Origin: Eledone cirrhosa
Taxonomy: Eukaryota
Direction of reading: 5' to 3'
DNA: 64,000 bases
Assembly: GCA_964016885.1 (NCBI GenBank)
Contig: OZ024746.1
Span: 90,272,001 to 90,336,000 of the forward strand
In this document: piece after piece, positions 14,130 to 27,672 of the stretch
Position numbering within the stretch: position 1 is the first letter of the stretch
How the letters are laid out: each line of letters opens with the position of its first letter
The notes under the pieces: model-generated
Databases searched by the model: none
Told to the model about the DNA's origin: nothing
Seen by the model: only the letters and a program-made list of their open reading frames with translations
Program-made: the position numbers and the translations under genes

Positions 14130-15250
14130 ATGGGCAGAAATAACAAAATTGCCATGGAGATATCCATGGATGAGGTCTGCGAAAAAACTGGTCGATGTTC
14201 CAAAATAGAACATTGCCCAGAAAATCACAGCTGCCATATTTGTACGGATCCGAAATCTCGTCCCGTAATCGCTGGGTCGAATGTGGAACCTGTCACATCA
14301 CTGTCTGCATTCAATGCGCCACCGGCTTCCGGAGGATCTCATGCCCCAAAAAGAGACATCATATTGCTATGATGGATGGACTCTTGGTCCTTACAGTGCC
14401 TTGCCTGGGTGTCAGACTCCACCAATGTTTTTGAAAAACAACAACAACAAAAAAGAAACACGATGAATGTATCTTCCTCTAACGTTGTTACTGAACAACG
14501 GCAAAAACCTGACACTGGCTTCTGCTGCGATTACTGTGGAAGAACATGTCTTCCGTTCCCAGTACATCTCGACACCAACGACCGACGACTGTGTCTTCCC
14601 CTACCATTCCCGTGGAGGAACATCATCATCATCAACAACAACAACAAAAACAAAAAAAAACAACAACAACAACAGCAGCAGCAGCAGCAGCAACAACAAC
14701 ATCAGCAACAGCAACAGCAACAACAACAATCGACCAGTACAGATTTTGTAGAATTGCAACAAATGATTTCTGCTTTAAGAAGGGAAGCAACAGGAATAAA
14801 AGCAAGCATTCGGGTAGGACCCCGCAATGAGGGGCCTTATCAGAATGCCTTATCTGGCGCACTTAGAAGACTGCGGAATCTGCTACCCATGAAGTAATTG
14901 CCATTGGGGTACCAGAGGACAAGGATGATCTTCAGGCATTTGCTGCCAGCTAAGCCAAAGACCTAGGCTGTGTTCCTCCAAATGGTGCTTTCCGCCTTGG
15001 TCGACCTGGTCCAAAACCCAAACTCATCAATCAGTCTTTTTCCGACCCCGCTGAGGCAATTTCATATCATCTGTTAAAGATGGGCGTGAAAATCGGATTA
15101 CCTCCCGAACACGCCCAGGCCTAACCCCCCCCCCCCACTGTACGTCCAAAGCTACGTGCTGCAGCTTCCTTGAATCGGAACTCAGCATAACATGAAAGTT
15201 TTAGTCTGCGTGATGATGGGCAGATCTGAAGGTGTGTTAAGGCTGGTGAA
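14130..15250 (+). pseudogene. CR1-clade LINE ORF1 (disrupted)
   Basis: ATG at 14130; Cys-rich N-terminal part, CAA/CAG tract, coiled-coil-like FVELQQMISALRREATGIK, then VIAIGVPED and FRLGRPGPKPKLI motifs typical of L1-type RRM ORF1 proteins. It lies directly upstream of the APE-RT ORF. Confidence 0.6.
14622..14729 (+). repeat. CAT/CAA/CAG trinucleotide tract inside LINE ORF1
   Basis: catcatcatc aacaacaacaac... cagcagcagcag caacaacaa is visible and translates as polyQ in one frame. Confidence 0.9.
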
Positions 15251-15384
15251 ACGTCGAAGAGAGATCCCAGCTGGTCTGAGTGTGCTCTACCCACAATAAC
15301 TGGCAATGAAAAAACTGCATCAACTCTGGGAAACTAAACCAGAACAACCTGCCATCCTCTACACACCATCATATACTGCAATCA

Positions 15385-18075
15385 GGGTACAAATTGTTAT
15401 CCTTAAATGCTGGAGGTTTATGCAACAAGATATATGTGTTTAACTCCTACGTCAGAAGTATCGACCCTGACTTCATCACAGTCACGGAAACATGGGCACA
15501 TTCCTTACTCTGTGATGCGGTGTTCAGCAATACTGGGTACAACCTTTTCCGCAAGGACCGCAGTAATCGCCGTGGTTGTGGTGTGATGGTCTACGTTCGT
15601 TCAGACTTTTCGGTAATTCCTTGCGTTGATTTGAACGAATCAGAAGAAGTTTTATTTTTGTGACATGCGTATGACCATGTCAACACTTCTGCTTGGTGTT
15701 GTTTATCGCCCCCAGACTACCATCAGGACACACTACTTTTCGATATCCTCAGAGCTGCTGTCAGGAAAACAGCCACTTATGTGTTTATTGCAGGTGACAT
15801 CAATCATCCTGAGATCATTTGCGAAACCTTTCGTTGGCCACAAAGTGCAAACGATTTCCTTGAGCTAGTGCTGGACTCAAACTGGTCACAAGTAGTCACC
15901 TCTCCAACAAGAGGTGACAGCACTTTGAACCTGATCTTCACCACTACTCCTGAAGTGGTTATCAGTTGTACTACTGAGGAACCTCTAGGCGACTCTGATC
16001 ATGCTATCAATCTGGCTCTTGCGGGCAGCAACAACAACCAGAACCATCTCCAATCTGCTTGCTTTGATTGGAAGAAAGCAGTTTGGAACTTGCACTGCAC
16101 TGAGCTACAGTGCCCAAACTGGCATGAGTTCTATAACTCTGGAGATGTGAACACTATATTCCAGAGCATCCTGGACTCAATATGGATAGCGCGTGCAGCA
16201 TCAGTGCCACGTAAGCAGAAAAAAACACACCCCAAAGTGCAATTTGGGAAGTTCAGCTTTCCGACTTGTCAGGAAAGAACGTCGGAACGCTGAACGGGAA
16301 TATAAACTGCATAAATCGGATGCCAACAGAAAAAAAAGCGGAATAAATCTTCCAACCATCTCAAGCAAGTGACAAAAGAGGCAGTGCTTGAATTAAAACA
16401 GTGCATAGCAACCAATCTTGACAGTAAGACGTTCTGGAAATATATTCATTCAAAGCAGAGACCTCACTCTCCAGTTGGTCCTCTTCGCAATCCCTACACA
16501 AGCCAGATCACTGACGATCCCAAAGAATGCGCAGAACTCATTGCTGAGTGCTATGCAAGCATTGCTACTGTTGAAAACCAGAATGTACCATCTCCACCAT
16601 CTCTAACATCAAATTCCATAACAACTTTCGAATTTAAAGCTGCAAAGTTGAATAAGTGTAACTATGCCTCCCCTGGTCTTGATGGTGTTACATACCTGCT
16701 TCTCAAACGTGGCGAGTACTTCCTTTTGCACCAGCTTTCTTTCTTCTTTCAATACTGTCTCAACACTGGTGCTACTCTGGAGCAGTGGAAAACTACCAGT
16801 CAACTATCGTCCCGTCAGTCTTATTAGCTGCTTTGCCAAACTGATGGAATCCTGTGTCAGAGAAACACTTTGTAGCTTCTGGAGCTCTCACAGCCTCATC
16901 CGGCCCTCGCAGTTTGGATTTATCCCTAACTCCAGCTGCTGTGATCAGCTTATCGAGTTCCTTGAAGACATTACCTGGATCACTGACAGCGGCTCATGGG
17001 TGGATCTTATTTACCTTGAGTTCGCTAAGGCTTTTAATTCTGTGCCACACAACAGACTTATGGCGAAACTCTCTGCAATGGGTGTGACGGATGATCTTTT
17101 TAAATGGTTGAAATCCTTAATTCTCAGCGGAAAAGAGGTAGTCACGGTTCTAGGACAGCATTCTTCACCATATGAGATGTCATCTGGTGTACCACAGGGA
17201 TCTGTTCTTGGTCCCTCTTTTGATTGTGGCATATATTAATGACATAGATGCCAACTAAAATAATTCCAGGGTACGAAATATGCAGATGAGATCAAGGTGT
17301 ACCTTGAAATCAAAAGGACTATCCTGAAATCTACAACTCTTTCCTACAATCAGACCTCGACACAATGCAGCGATAGATCACAGACTGGCAACTGAAGCTG
17401 GCTGTGGACAAGTGTACCACCATGTATTTTGGGAGGAACAATCCAGCCTCCAGATACTCCCTCCACAACACTGATATCAAGAAGTCCTCTTGTGAACGTG
17501 ACCTGGGCATTACTGTCAGCAGCGATTTGCGTTGGACAAAGCATGTCTCTAAGTTTGTCAAGAAGGCCGAGGCTCTCTTGGCAACACTCAGCAATATCTT
17601 TGTTAGCCGCTCTCCACCCATCTATTTAAAGTATATGCAGCTATGTTACGACCACACTTGGAATTCGCATCATCTGTCTGGAACCTCTATCTTGTTCGGA
17701 AGATTGACCTACTGGAAACTGTTTAGAGACGTGCAACAAAGCGCATACCCTCCATCAGACACCTACCATACTCTGAACGCCTTGCTTCCCTGGGCATGTA
17801 TTCATTGAAGCTCCGACTTGGTAAACACACACACAATTATTAACCATCTCGCCAACAACAACGCTGAGCACCTTTTTGATCTCCATGTGTTTAGCACACG
17901 TGGACATCCCTACAACATCAGAAAACAGCACAGCTCCCATGACTTTCGCAAACATCTTTTCACGCTTAGAGTTGCTGAAGCATGAAACAAACTGCCTGCG
18001 TCAGTTGTTAGCTGCCGAGACACTGCATCCTTTAAAACCCTCATACTTCACAAAATTCGCCAAAACTACACCTGA
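15385..18075 (+). pseudogene. CR1-clade LINE ORF2 (APE endonuclease + reverse transcriptase), frameshifted
   Basis: APE motifs LNAGGL, VTETW, RKDR..RGCGV, AGDINHP, LGDSDH. RT motifs SPGLDG, NYRPVSLIS, QFGF, YLEFAKAFNSVPH, SGVPQGSVLGP, YADE, DKC, ERDLG, and C-terminal YSERL..LG and RGH. Several frameshifts and stops. Confidence 0.92.
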
Positions 18076-18260
18076 TGTACACCTTCCATACACATGCAGA
18101 CATGTGTATATCATGACTCATGCACTGTTCATTTTTCTGACGTTTGTACATTACCCTATGTACTATACATATGCTTTTTGATGAGTTGTAGTGCACCTGA
18201 GCACTGTACAGAATATTTTCATGATTATTATATATACACATTAAATTACATATTACATAT

Positions 18261-18347
18261 TACCTTTCATCCTTACGGGGTCTATAACATAAAGTAGCAG
18301 TCATGCACTGGTAACTGCTGGCCTTGTCCCCCAAAAGTAGAAACAAT
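18261..18347 (+). mobile_element. SINE family A 3' fragment with TSD
   Basis: Body and tail present; 21-bp TSD attaaattacatattacatat at 18240-18260 and 18346-18366. Confidence 0.85.
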
Positions 18348-18469
18348 TAAATTACATATTACATATGCTTCAATGTCGATCAGCTCGAGGTACGATCGAT
18401 TAATGATCGATCCTGACTCTGGAATCGGAAGCTTCTCAGTAAGGTGTTCACATGTAGACTCACACCGAA

Positions 18470-18885
18470 ATGTCTATATGTGAACACAAATGAGGAGCTT
18501 TCGATTCCAGAGTCAGTATCAATCATCAACCGGTCGTTTCTCAAGCTGGACGGCAATGAAACATATGAAAAATGCGTTAAGAACCCCTTCGGATTCGAAT
18601 GACCTTGGGATTTGAACCTAGAATATTTCCATCCGTAGCACAAGTCCAGGCAGGGTTGTTTGTGGAAAACCTGTCTCTCATCTCCACGCCACCGATGTTG
18701 TTCAAGGGAAAGGCAATGGCTGAGACAGCTTGACACCAGTGATGTAACTCATTTCTACAGCTTAGTAAACTGGAGGAACGTGAGAATAAAGTGATTGGCT
18801 CAAAGATACAACGCACCACACGGTCCTAGAATCGAACTCACAACCTTCCGTTTGCAATGCCAATGCCCTAACCGCTAAGCCTGGT
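18470..18885 (-). mobile_element. CORE-type tRNA-derived SINE (family B)
   Basis: The minus strand has the tRNA-like head ggcttagcggttaggg...gagttcgattc and a CORE-like segment (plus-strand 'aaagtgattggctcaaagatacaac'). The 3' boundary is approximate. Confidence 0.7.
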
Positions 18886-18952
18886 ATCTTCATATATGTA
18901 ACATGTAATTAAATATGTATATGATGCAGCACTGATACTTTGTTCCCTTTAA

Positions 18953-18998
<46 letters not shown>

Positions 18999-19557
18999 GT
19001 GTGTCTGTTTGTATGTATAGAGAAAAGGTAGATGTACGTATGTGTGAATGCATGTATATGAGAAAATATATTTGCATTATTGTTTATATAATATATAAAT
19101 GTATCTGTTTGTGCGAACATGTATGCATTTCTGCCTGCCTTTTATGAAATGTTCATACATATGTAATAAACAATTTGTTTGTGCCTACGTGAGGTTAGTT
19201 ATCGAGCTTTTTGTTGAAAACGAGGAACAGTCATTGCCTTACATATGTCATTCAATAGAAGTTGTTTATCTTATGAAACAAAAATAGAGAAGTTGTTGTA
19301 CCAATACACCTTTTCCTCTTCACAATGAATTTCAATATTATTCTACACTATTTGTCATGCCTCTATTCTTATGTCCATTATGTTTCTCTTTTTTTTTAAA
19401 TTCATTACAAAGGGAAATCTATTAATTGATTTATTTTATTTTTGTAACCATTCAAAGAATAAGTTTTTTCCTAATTTTGAATGTAAAACTGTATTAACTA
19501 TACTAAATAGACGGAAAAATATGATCCTCTTCCTATATTACAACTATCATTTTATAT

Positions 19558-19632
<75 letters not shown>

Positions 19633-20888
19633 TTATATATAATCATCCATGTTACTTTTTATTTACACATACAAAGAAAATATATTGATAATTTGAAAAA
19701 AAGCAATATTGGAAATATATACGTAAATTTGGGAATTCCCTGGAGATAAAAAACATTATGAAAGCTATTGTTGCACACCGGTTATATTTTCTGATATTTG
19801 CAGATTATTAAAGAAGTATATTTAAATGTGCATTTCCACATTCTCTCATTTGGTATACCTTCGCATAACAAATGGATCTGAATAGTATTTTACAATTCAC
19901 GTGAAGACGTTTGTTTTATGAGATAAAAATAAGTATTACCAATCAGTTAGTTATAATTTTCAATAATGTTTTTAATATTACATACCTCATATTTCTGAAG
20001 CCGAAATCATACATTGTGGAATTTGAATTTCCTTCTTCTTGGTTCCAAACAAAGAGCAAGTCACGTACCGGGAAGGATTTAATCGAATTTAAAACACCCC
20101 TTTATTTATAGCCTAGTACGGAAATGAAATTCGGTATCTCTTTCTCTCACACACACCCTCATATATATCCATTGAAGTAGTAGATGTAGTAATAGTAGTT
20201 CTGTCGTTATCCCCATACACAATGCATGAGTTGTCAATGCAAAAAATTTACTTGCTATAAAAGAAAACTTTTTTTGATGGGTCGCATGATTTCTAACACC
20301 ACGGGCTTTAAAACAGTGAAAGGACAGTCACATTTCCGTACAACAGTAACATTTCTATTTGTTTTACGTGTTTGTTTATATTTTTCTTTGCAGTTTTTTA
20401 AACACGGCTTCTCGTAGCACATATTCAGAAACGGAATACAACAAATAATAATCCTCAAATGTTAAAAACCGGTTCAAAAGATACAAATTCACAAAAATAC
20501 TGCTATAACATTTCTACATATACACATAGGTTTCCTAGAGAAAACTTCCAAAATATGAATTGCATTTCTTAACTAAGGCAGTAAAAGACAGGTTTTACAA
20601 CTGCAACGATGACAATGACAGCTATAACTGTCTTATAGTCAGCACTCACACACTCGCTCTCATCTTAATATTAATTAATTCTAAATGCAGATCAGATTCG
20701 TTCATTTACAAGTACATTATCAACAAACGAACGCTTGTTATATTTTCAATCATTGCATATCAAATACAGCATAAGTGCATAGCCTCCGTTATAAATACAA
20801 AAACCAAAGCGAAATCAATCACACACACACACAGACACTTACACACATACACACCTGCACACCTATGCACACACACACACACCCACCA

Positions 20889-20948
<60 letters not shown>

Positions 20949-23568
20949 TTCGCTTTATAATGGTTTCTTTATGTCATACAGATCACTCTATCACCAAAAA
21001 ATGATACGGAATCAATCATAGAAAGCAAATATAAAATTTTAAGCGAGACACTCAGAGGCTTTTTACTTGAGTCGTTAGCAACGTAGTTAAAATGATTATG
21101 TCACTTCACACAGAAGGTAAGTTGATTGCAATGATAGGCAATAAAAAGGGAACTTTTTCTGATGTATCCGAACAAACAAGAAAAAAGTCGGATTTCCTCG
21201 TAAATTCTAACCTAAGCCAGTATTTATGATCGTTCTGTCAATATGTACAGCAACGTATGTTAATATGCAACAGTATCCTTTATGAGTTGGATGAAAGCGT
21301 ATGAAATGGACTAGGCGTGCTCAATGAGCCTTGGGTGTATTGACTGAAATATGTTTTCAAATATGTATTAATTGCCTTACTTAAAGTATATTTTAAAAAA
21401 ATAATAATTTAGATATTTGTAGGAGAATGATACTGGACACTTAATGTTAATAATTATGTTTTAAAACTAATTACAAATGCAGAAGCTTTATATTGATTGA
21501 CTGTATACATCACTGGCTAAAATATCCTGGAATAATTTTTTAAACAGCAGCTGGTCTTCATTGAGTATCAATCGAGTTTGATGAAACGTACACACATTTT
21601 TGGCGACCTGATACTTGTTTCCGGATATTTCGAGAACCTTTGAATTTATCCCCACGTTGGAATATTATTCATGGAATATTCTCAATAAGGCTTACATTTA
21701 TCATAGATGCATCTCCAAGAAACTACATATTTTGCAGCGCCAACTGTATTCTCTAAACATGGTGCACCTACTTGAGAAATCTGAAACCTACACACTGAGC
21801 TTATCGGCTTCCAAGAAATAACTTGCTGCCTCTATAACTAATAATTAATTTGGAATCATTTAAAACCGTTGTGTGCTGCGGCAGACGGTAGCAGATGGTA
21901 GAAACTTTCAACTATTCATATTACAACGTGATCTGAATCAATGAATATGAAAGAGCAGAAATTAAACACAATTTCGATTTATCCATAGTTAGAAAACGTC
22001 GACAATTTCTTGGCAATAGGCATCCAAACGAAAAAGATTATATATGCTCCCTCGTGTAAAATGTTAAGTGATGTTATTGTGAGTCAAAACGTTGACAGAA
22101 ATAAATAAGTATATACATTATAATATTAATTAAGCGTGCATCTGGTTCTTTTGTATACCCATATCTTTTGATATCGCGACATTTGTATACGTGTCTGAAA
22201 ATATAGATTTTCAGAACTTTCGATGCGAGCAGTGGCACATATGACGTGGGAGACTACTCCTCGTGTTTAAGATATATTTCCAACTGTAATGCAACATTTA
22301 CCAACCTTCTTAAACAACTGGATATTTTTCTGATAATATCCATTTAAGTCACATTTTATTCGAATTAGTAGATAGACGACTAAATATGCAATTCATTATA
22401 TAAGGGTTTAAGAACAACTGCATAGCTGGACCCTAAATAAATCAACAACACTAAAACAAAGAAAAATAACGTTTAGAACTGTAAACATACTATATTTGGT
22501 TGCTGTTACAGAAAAAGACAAACCTAGTTATCGCAATTTTTCTGGAGCTAGGAATTCCCTAATGAGTAATTCATTGTTATAAAATGGCAGAATGATCTCT
22601 CTGATGGCTATATAAACAGAAGGAAGTTGGAAGGAAGGAACTAGCTCTATTAAAAACTGGAGTGGGATAAGCTCCATCAGATTTAAATGACTATTGTGTG
22701 ACTTTACGCATGTCTGTGTCTTTGTGGTGGGCAGCTACATACTCAGCATCTCCATCAAGCAATTACAAGTTGAAATACAATAATTTTCTAGAGATAATGA
22801 AGATCGATTACAGACTAAATAGTAGAGAATTTGAGACAGTTCGCTTCAGAAACTTAGTCATGCATAATTGAATCGGATGGAGTTAAATGTCTCATGAAAA
22901 TACCATATTCCCTAAATTATTCGTCAGTCTTTGTCGTCTTCTCAATAATAAAAATTAATTTTAATCTTAGACCAATATTCGATTTTGAGAGGAAGTTATT
23001 TCGGAAGCACGGGGCAAATTTTAAGGAGGAGAATCTGACACTATCGATCATTGTCCTCCATTTTATGCCGCTAAAATTCGAAACAAAACATAAACTTAAA
23101 GCCACATGACTTTTGATTTTTAACATATACAATTATTTATTCATTGCTTAAAACACATTTTTCGTTAATCCCTGTAAAACATGCTTTCTGTCGTCTCCAT
23201 TCTGAAAAGATATCTATAAAATGCTCTTACTTTGTCAGTTTACGAAAGAAATATTTTTTATACGATATGTCACGGGTAATATGACTATCATTTAACATTA
23301 ACTCAAATTTGTACATGAATTATTTAATGTGTTTGTAATAGCTGTAAACATTATCAACTCAAATATAAAAATAATTATAAACTCTTTGCACCCTCCCATC
23401 ACCCATATTTTAAAGTTTATGTTTGACTATCCAGATATCATATTTCCATAAAAAACGCCTGCATAGATTTACAAATTACCAACACACATGAGTAACTCAC
23501 TTTCTATTTTCGTACTAATATTATATATTTCTTCAAATGAAACCATAACTAACCATATTACTAAAATT

Positions 23569-23698
23569 AATTGTTTCTACTTTTGGCACAGGGTCAGCAT
23601 ATAGCCAGTGTATTACTGGTACTTTATTTGATCGACCCCGTAAGGATGAAAGGCAAAGTTAACCTTGGCTGGATTTGAATTCAGCATGGCAAGGGCCG
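23569..23698 (-). mobile_element. SINE family A, 5'-truncated
   Basis: Tail, body and B-box present; it abuts a fragment of the fold-back family at 23701-23743. Confidence 0.85.
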
Positions 23699-23740
23699 CG
23701 TCGAAACGGCTTGAGCACTGCAGTCTGGGTCATACATTTT

Positions 23741-23803
<63 letters not shown>

Positions 23804-23811
<8 letters not shown>

Positions 23812-24335
23812 TATTGAGTTAGAAACTGAAAATAGTAAGAGAGTATTTTGAGTTCCTAACTCAATATCTGATATTGCCGGCTCTGTCTCATTGAGCTAAT
23901 TTAAAAGTCGTGTAAACCCGGCTAATAGTTTTAGCAGAATATGTTCATGAGACACCCGAGGCTTTGAAGACATGTGCGTTAATTCATATTAGCACACTAT
24001 TCAGTCTTCTGATATACTTAGAAGTGGAACGATTACTAATTCTTACACCTACTGAAGAGCAGAAAGTTGGTGATTCCTTCGGTTAATAATTTGCGAAACA
24101 CCTCCTATGTTTGATGGAGATGGTGAGTATGTATCTGCCCAACCACAAAGACACACACATGCTGTCTAGGTGTTTCAGGCAGTTGCCCAATATAGGTCTG
24201 TTCTTCATTTGATTTACTACTTTAAATTAAGTCTGACAAGCAATATTGTTATAGTTAGTAATGTTTTCCTCATAGTGAACTTGTTCCTTTATAATTCGAA
24301 CGCATGTACGTTTATATTTGTGTTTATCTCTCTAT
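23804..24335 (+). mobile_element. ORF-less hammerhead-bearing element between (TA)n tracts (diverged copy of the 61853-62680 family)
   Basis: Shares blocks with 62240-62680 (tattttgagtt..aactcaatat, gagctaa, atgagacac, gacatgtgcgtt, ttaataatttgcgaaac, aatatagg, tactttaaat, gaactt..tc). Has a terminal inverted repeat at 23804-23874. Confidence 0.75.
24045..24173 (+). ncRNA. type I hammerhead ribozyme (long loop III)
   Basis: Helix I acaccta(24045-51)/taggtgt(24167-73); core CUGAAGA 24052-58; helix II gca...tgc; GAAA 24095-98; helix III ACA/UGU; GUC site 24164-66. Confidence 0.7.
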
Positions 24336-24337
24336 GT

Positions 24338-24482
<145 letters not shown>

Positions 24483-25303
24483 TATTGTAGATATATTACA
24501 TACACAATGTTATTAGCTTCATGCTTGTTGAAAATGAGAATGAATGAATGCATAGATGCGTGTGCGTGTGTATGTGTGTATGCATGTCCGTGTTGCCCCT
24601 TGCTCCAAGGTATGCTAGTTTTACTTTCATTCCACTGAAATACAATCAATGATTTATTTTGTTAAATCATATATTAGCTTTCATATCCAGAACAGATGGC
24701 ACCAACCTCGTACTATATATATAATACCCCTTTCGTCCTGCATCAATTTGAAGGTTCCAAACTAGAGTAATACAATGCGGAGTAATATGAATTAGTTGAT
24801 AGAACGTTCTCCTATACATTATAAGTATTGATTGGGCTTTAAACGTCGTAGGGAGTTATTGTCTAAATTCTAATCCCCTCCGGGACCCTTGCCGAATGAT
24901 GACATATCCAAAGGAAAAAAATATATATTTGACATTCTTAGCGAGTAAATAAATTACTGCTTTTGAATATAATCTTAGTTAATTAAGAAATCAATTATTG
25001 AAGTTATTCCTAATTTAAAAGAAAGGGGGTTTGGGGACAATTTATACTACTGCAAGATTAATAAAATAACTACCAGCAGGCTAATCAACAAGCGAATTTA
25101 CGAATTGTTTAACAGTCACGTTGAAATAGAATACACTGTATATTTATGAAAGCATATTTTGTAGTATGCAGTGTCAATTGCTTTGTAGTCTAAAAAGGTA
25201 ACGTAGGTGTCCGGTAGACCGTATATAGGGCGACCGGATACTTTCCGTGCGTCTCATCATGTTTTTCAGTGCATTGATTCCTTTTTACATATTATGTCAT
25301 TAC

Positions 25304-25436
25304 AATCCCGCCGAAGGTAACTTTGCCATTCACCCTTACAGGTCCGATAAAATAATGTACCAGTTATGCACTGGGGTCAATTTAATGGAATGTTCTCTCC
25401 CCCAAATTCAGGTTGTGTCTGGATTAGAAACCATTA
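25304..25436 (+). mobile_element. SINE family A long variant, partial
   Basis: aatcccgccgaaggtaactttgcc...cttacaggtccgataaaataatgtaccag...ttagaaaccatta. Confidence 0.75.
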
Positions 25437-27297
25437 TTTCCACCATTCCTATTTGGAGGCTACAGCAGCTGCAGCATTGAGACTTACAGGTATCATTTAG
25501 AAAGACGGATAATATCATGTGAATGATAAAGCATCATTTAGTTTCTGTTCTGCTTAAAACATATTTAGACATTATCATCGTCAAAGTAATTTTGACGTGC
25601 AGTATTTTTCTTTTCCGTAAATAGAAAATACTTTAAAATTTCTCATTCAATCTCAATACATTTACGGCATGTTTAAATGAGAATTGCATGACGAATGCTT
25701 TTACTTTACTAATCTGTATATTTGGGCACATTCCATCAGCTACAATAAATTGAATCAAAGTTGATACAATATTAAATGGGAAGGTGTAAACAAGAGTGAG
25801 AATAGGGTGAAAATCACAAATTCATATAAAAGTTATTGTTCGTCCAGAATGATAAAAGTTATGTCAAAGAATGATATTTTCCTGGTGTGATTTTGCTATA
25901 GGTATTTTCTTTCCTATTCGTATATATTGTAAATTTGTTTACAATATCAATTGAATCACGACAAGGGATATTGATTGAATATCTTTTACTACATAAGTGT
26001 GAAACTGTCATCAATTCTTTTCAATTCATGGATCAAAATCTATTATCTGAAGGCAAAACTGAAATAGAATCCGCTTTGTATGATCATGGTTTGAATAATA
26101 GAAAAGAGTCTGCGGATATAAAAAACATTGAACATTGAAAAAATATTCTCATTTATTTTCTCCTGCATCATTGCTATATAACCATAGAAGGAAACGATTC
26201 GAATACAAAGGAAAATCAGTGTATTTTCAAGTAGCTGTCAATTGTTTCTAATATCATATAGAAATGACATGTTATAAAAAAAATTCTTATGTGAAAAATG
26301 GAATTGAATAGATATGGAATTGTTTGTATAATAATACATCATTATCGATAAGCGAAAGTAGTGATGGGAGGGGGGTTACAATATGTCTGTGTCAACATAT
26401 GTAAAGAAACGATGCATTAGATCATTTCACTGTCTGTAAGTAATTCAGAACGGTATAGTGCCTGAAATAATCTTACGGAAGTTAAGCTTCGTTCTAACGA
26501 AAATACAATTATATCATGCTTATGCGAGATTGGTATGTGCAAAAGCCACTTATGGCATGCACATAATTAAGTAACACTAATAGAAGTTCACGATTCATTT
26601 ACATTTGAGAACATAACATGTGCCGTTTATTGAATAAGTATACGATAATATTTCAGGAAAAGTCCCTATGTTAAGTCAGCAATATACACCATGTCCTGTA
26701 TGAAGGCTGAAATTTAAAGCCAGATCATTCATGGTGGAGACTGTGAAGACTAATATTGTAGTGGCTATAATCATACTGCTATTTCACGAAATATAATTAA
26801 TTCAATAATTAACAATTAACGAAGTTTCCATATGCATATCCCACATGGTAGGCTTGAAATTGATTTCATATATTTGAAGATGGGGCACATTATCTAAGTT
26901 TATATTTAAGCTTATTGCAACATCTGTCTTGTACTTCATACGTAGTGTTATAGTGATAGTTAGATCATTAAAATCATTATTATATTATGTAATGATTTAT
27001 TTGTCTCATATTTATAGGTGAAAATTATAAACGATAAGCTATTTGATATTAGAAAAAGGATAGCAGATTTTGATGTGAATCAATATATAATACTTAAGTG
27101 TATAGATATACCAATCATAAAGTGTATGAATCAAACGTCTATTTAAGTTTAACATATTCGTGATAATCATTCTGAAAAATACTTCTTCTATTTCATGTTT
27201 GTGAGTCATCAAATTGAATATACTTGCAATAATATCTAACAACTCGTGTCTATTGGCTTACGCTAATACAGATGATGACATCGTAGCATGATAGTAT

Positions 27298-27340
<43 letters not shown>

Positions 27341-27477
27341 CATATGCATTTTCTATATATCGAAGTGTGGTTGAGTAATATATAATCACATTCATCAAGT
27401 ATGTTTCATGAAGTAGGATATATATATATATATATATAGTGAAAGAATGAAGAATAACATGGTCAACCACACAAAGT

Positions 27478-27596
27478 GTTATTATAATAGACTCAATGTG
27501 GTTCAGTTTGAATAATGGAATTGTTGGATCGAAGCATTTTGGTTTGAAATTACCGAATTCAGTAGCTGCTTTATGCCTACAGAAAATTGACCGTTC
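27478..27596 (-). repeat. inverted copy of the Penelope-like element 3' end (inverted pseudo-LTR)
   Basis: Approximate reverse complement of ~30027-30143 (ctgtaggcataaagcagc...aatttcaaacca...ccattattcaaactgaac...gagtctatta). Confidence 0.85.
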
Positions 27597-27672
27597 AAGT
27601 GTTTATGAGTTTTTAGAGAACTTATTATTTTCCCTAGTAAATTCCTCATTTTTATTATTATTATGTACTAAC

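Noticed and set aside
14376-14897. 173-aa polyQ ORF as a host transcription factor
   Set aside because: It lies within disrupted LINE ORF1, directly upstream of the APE-RT ORF2.
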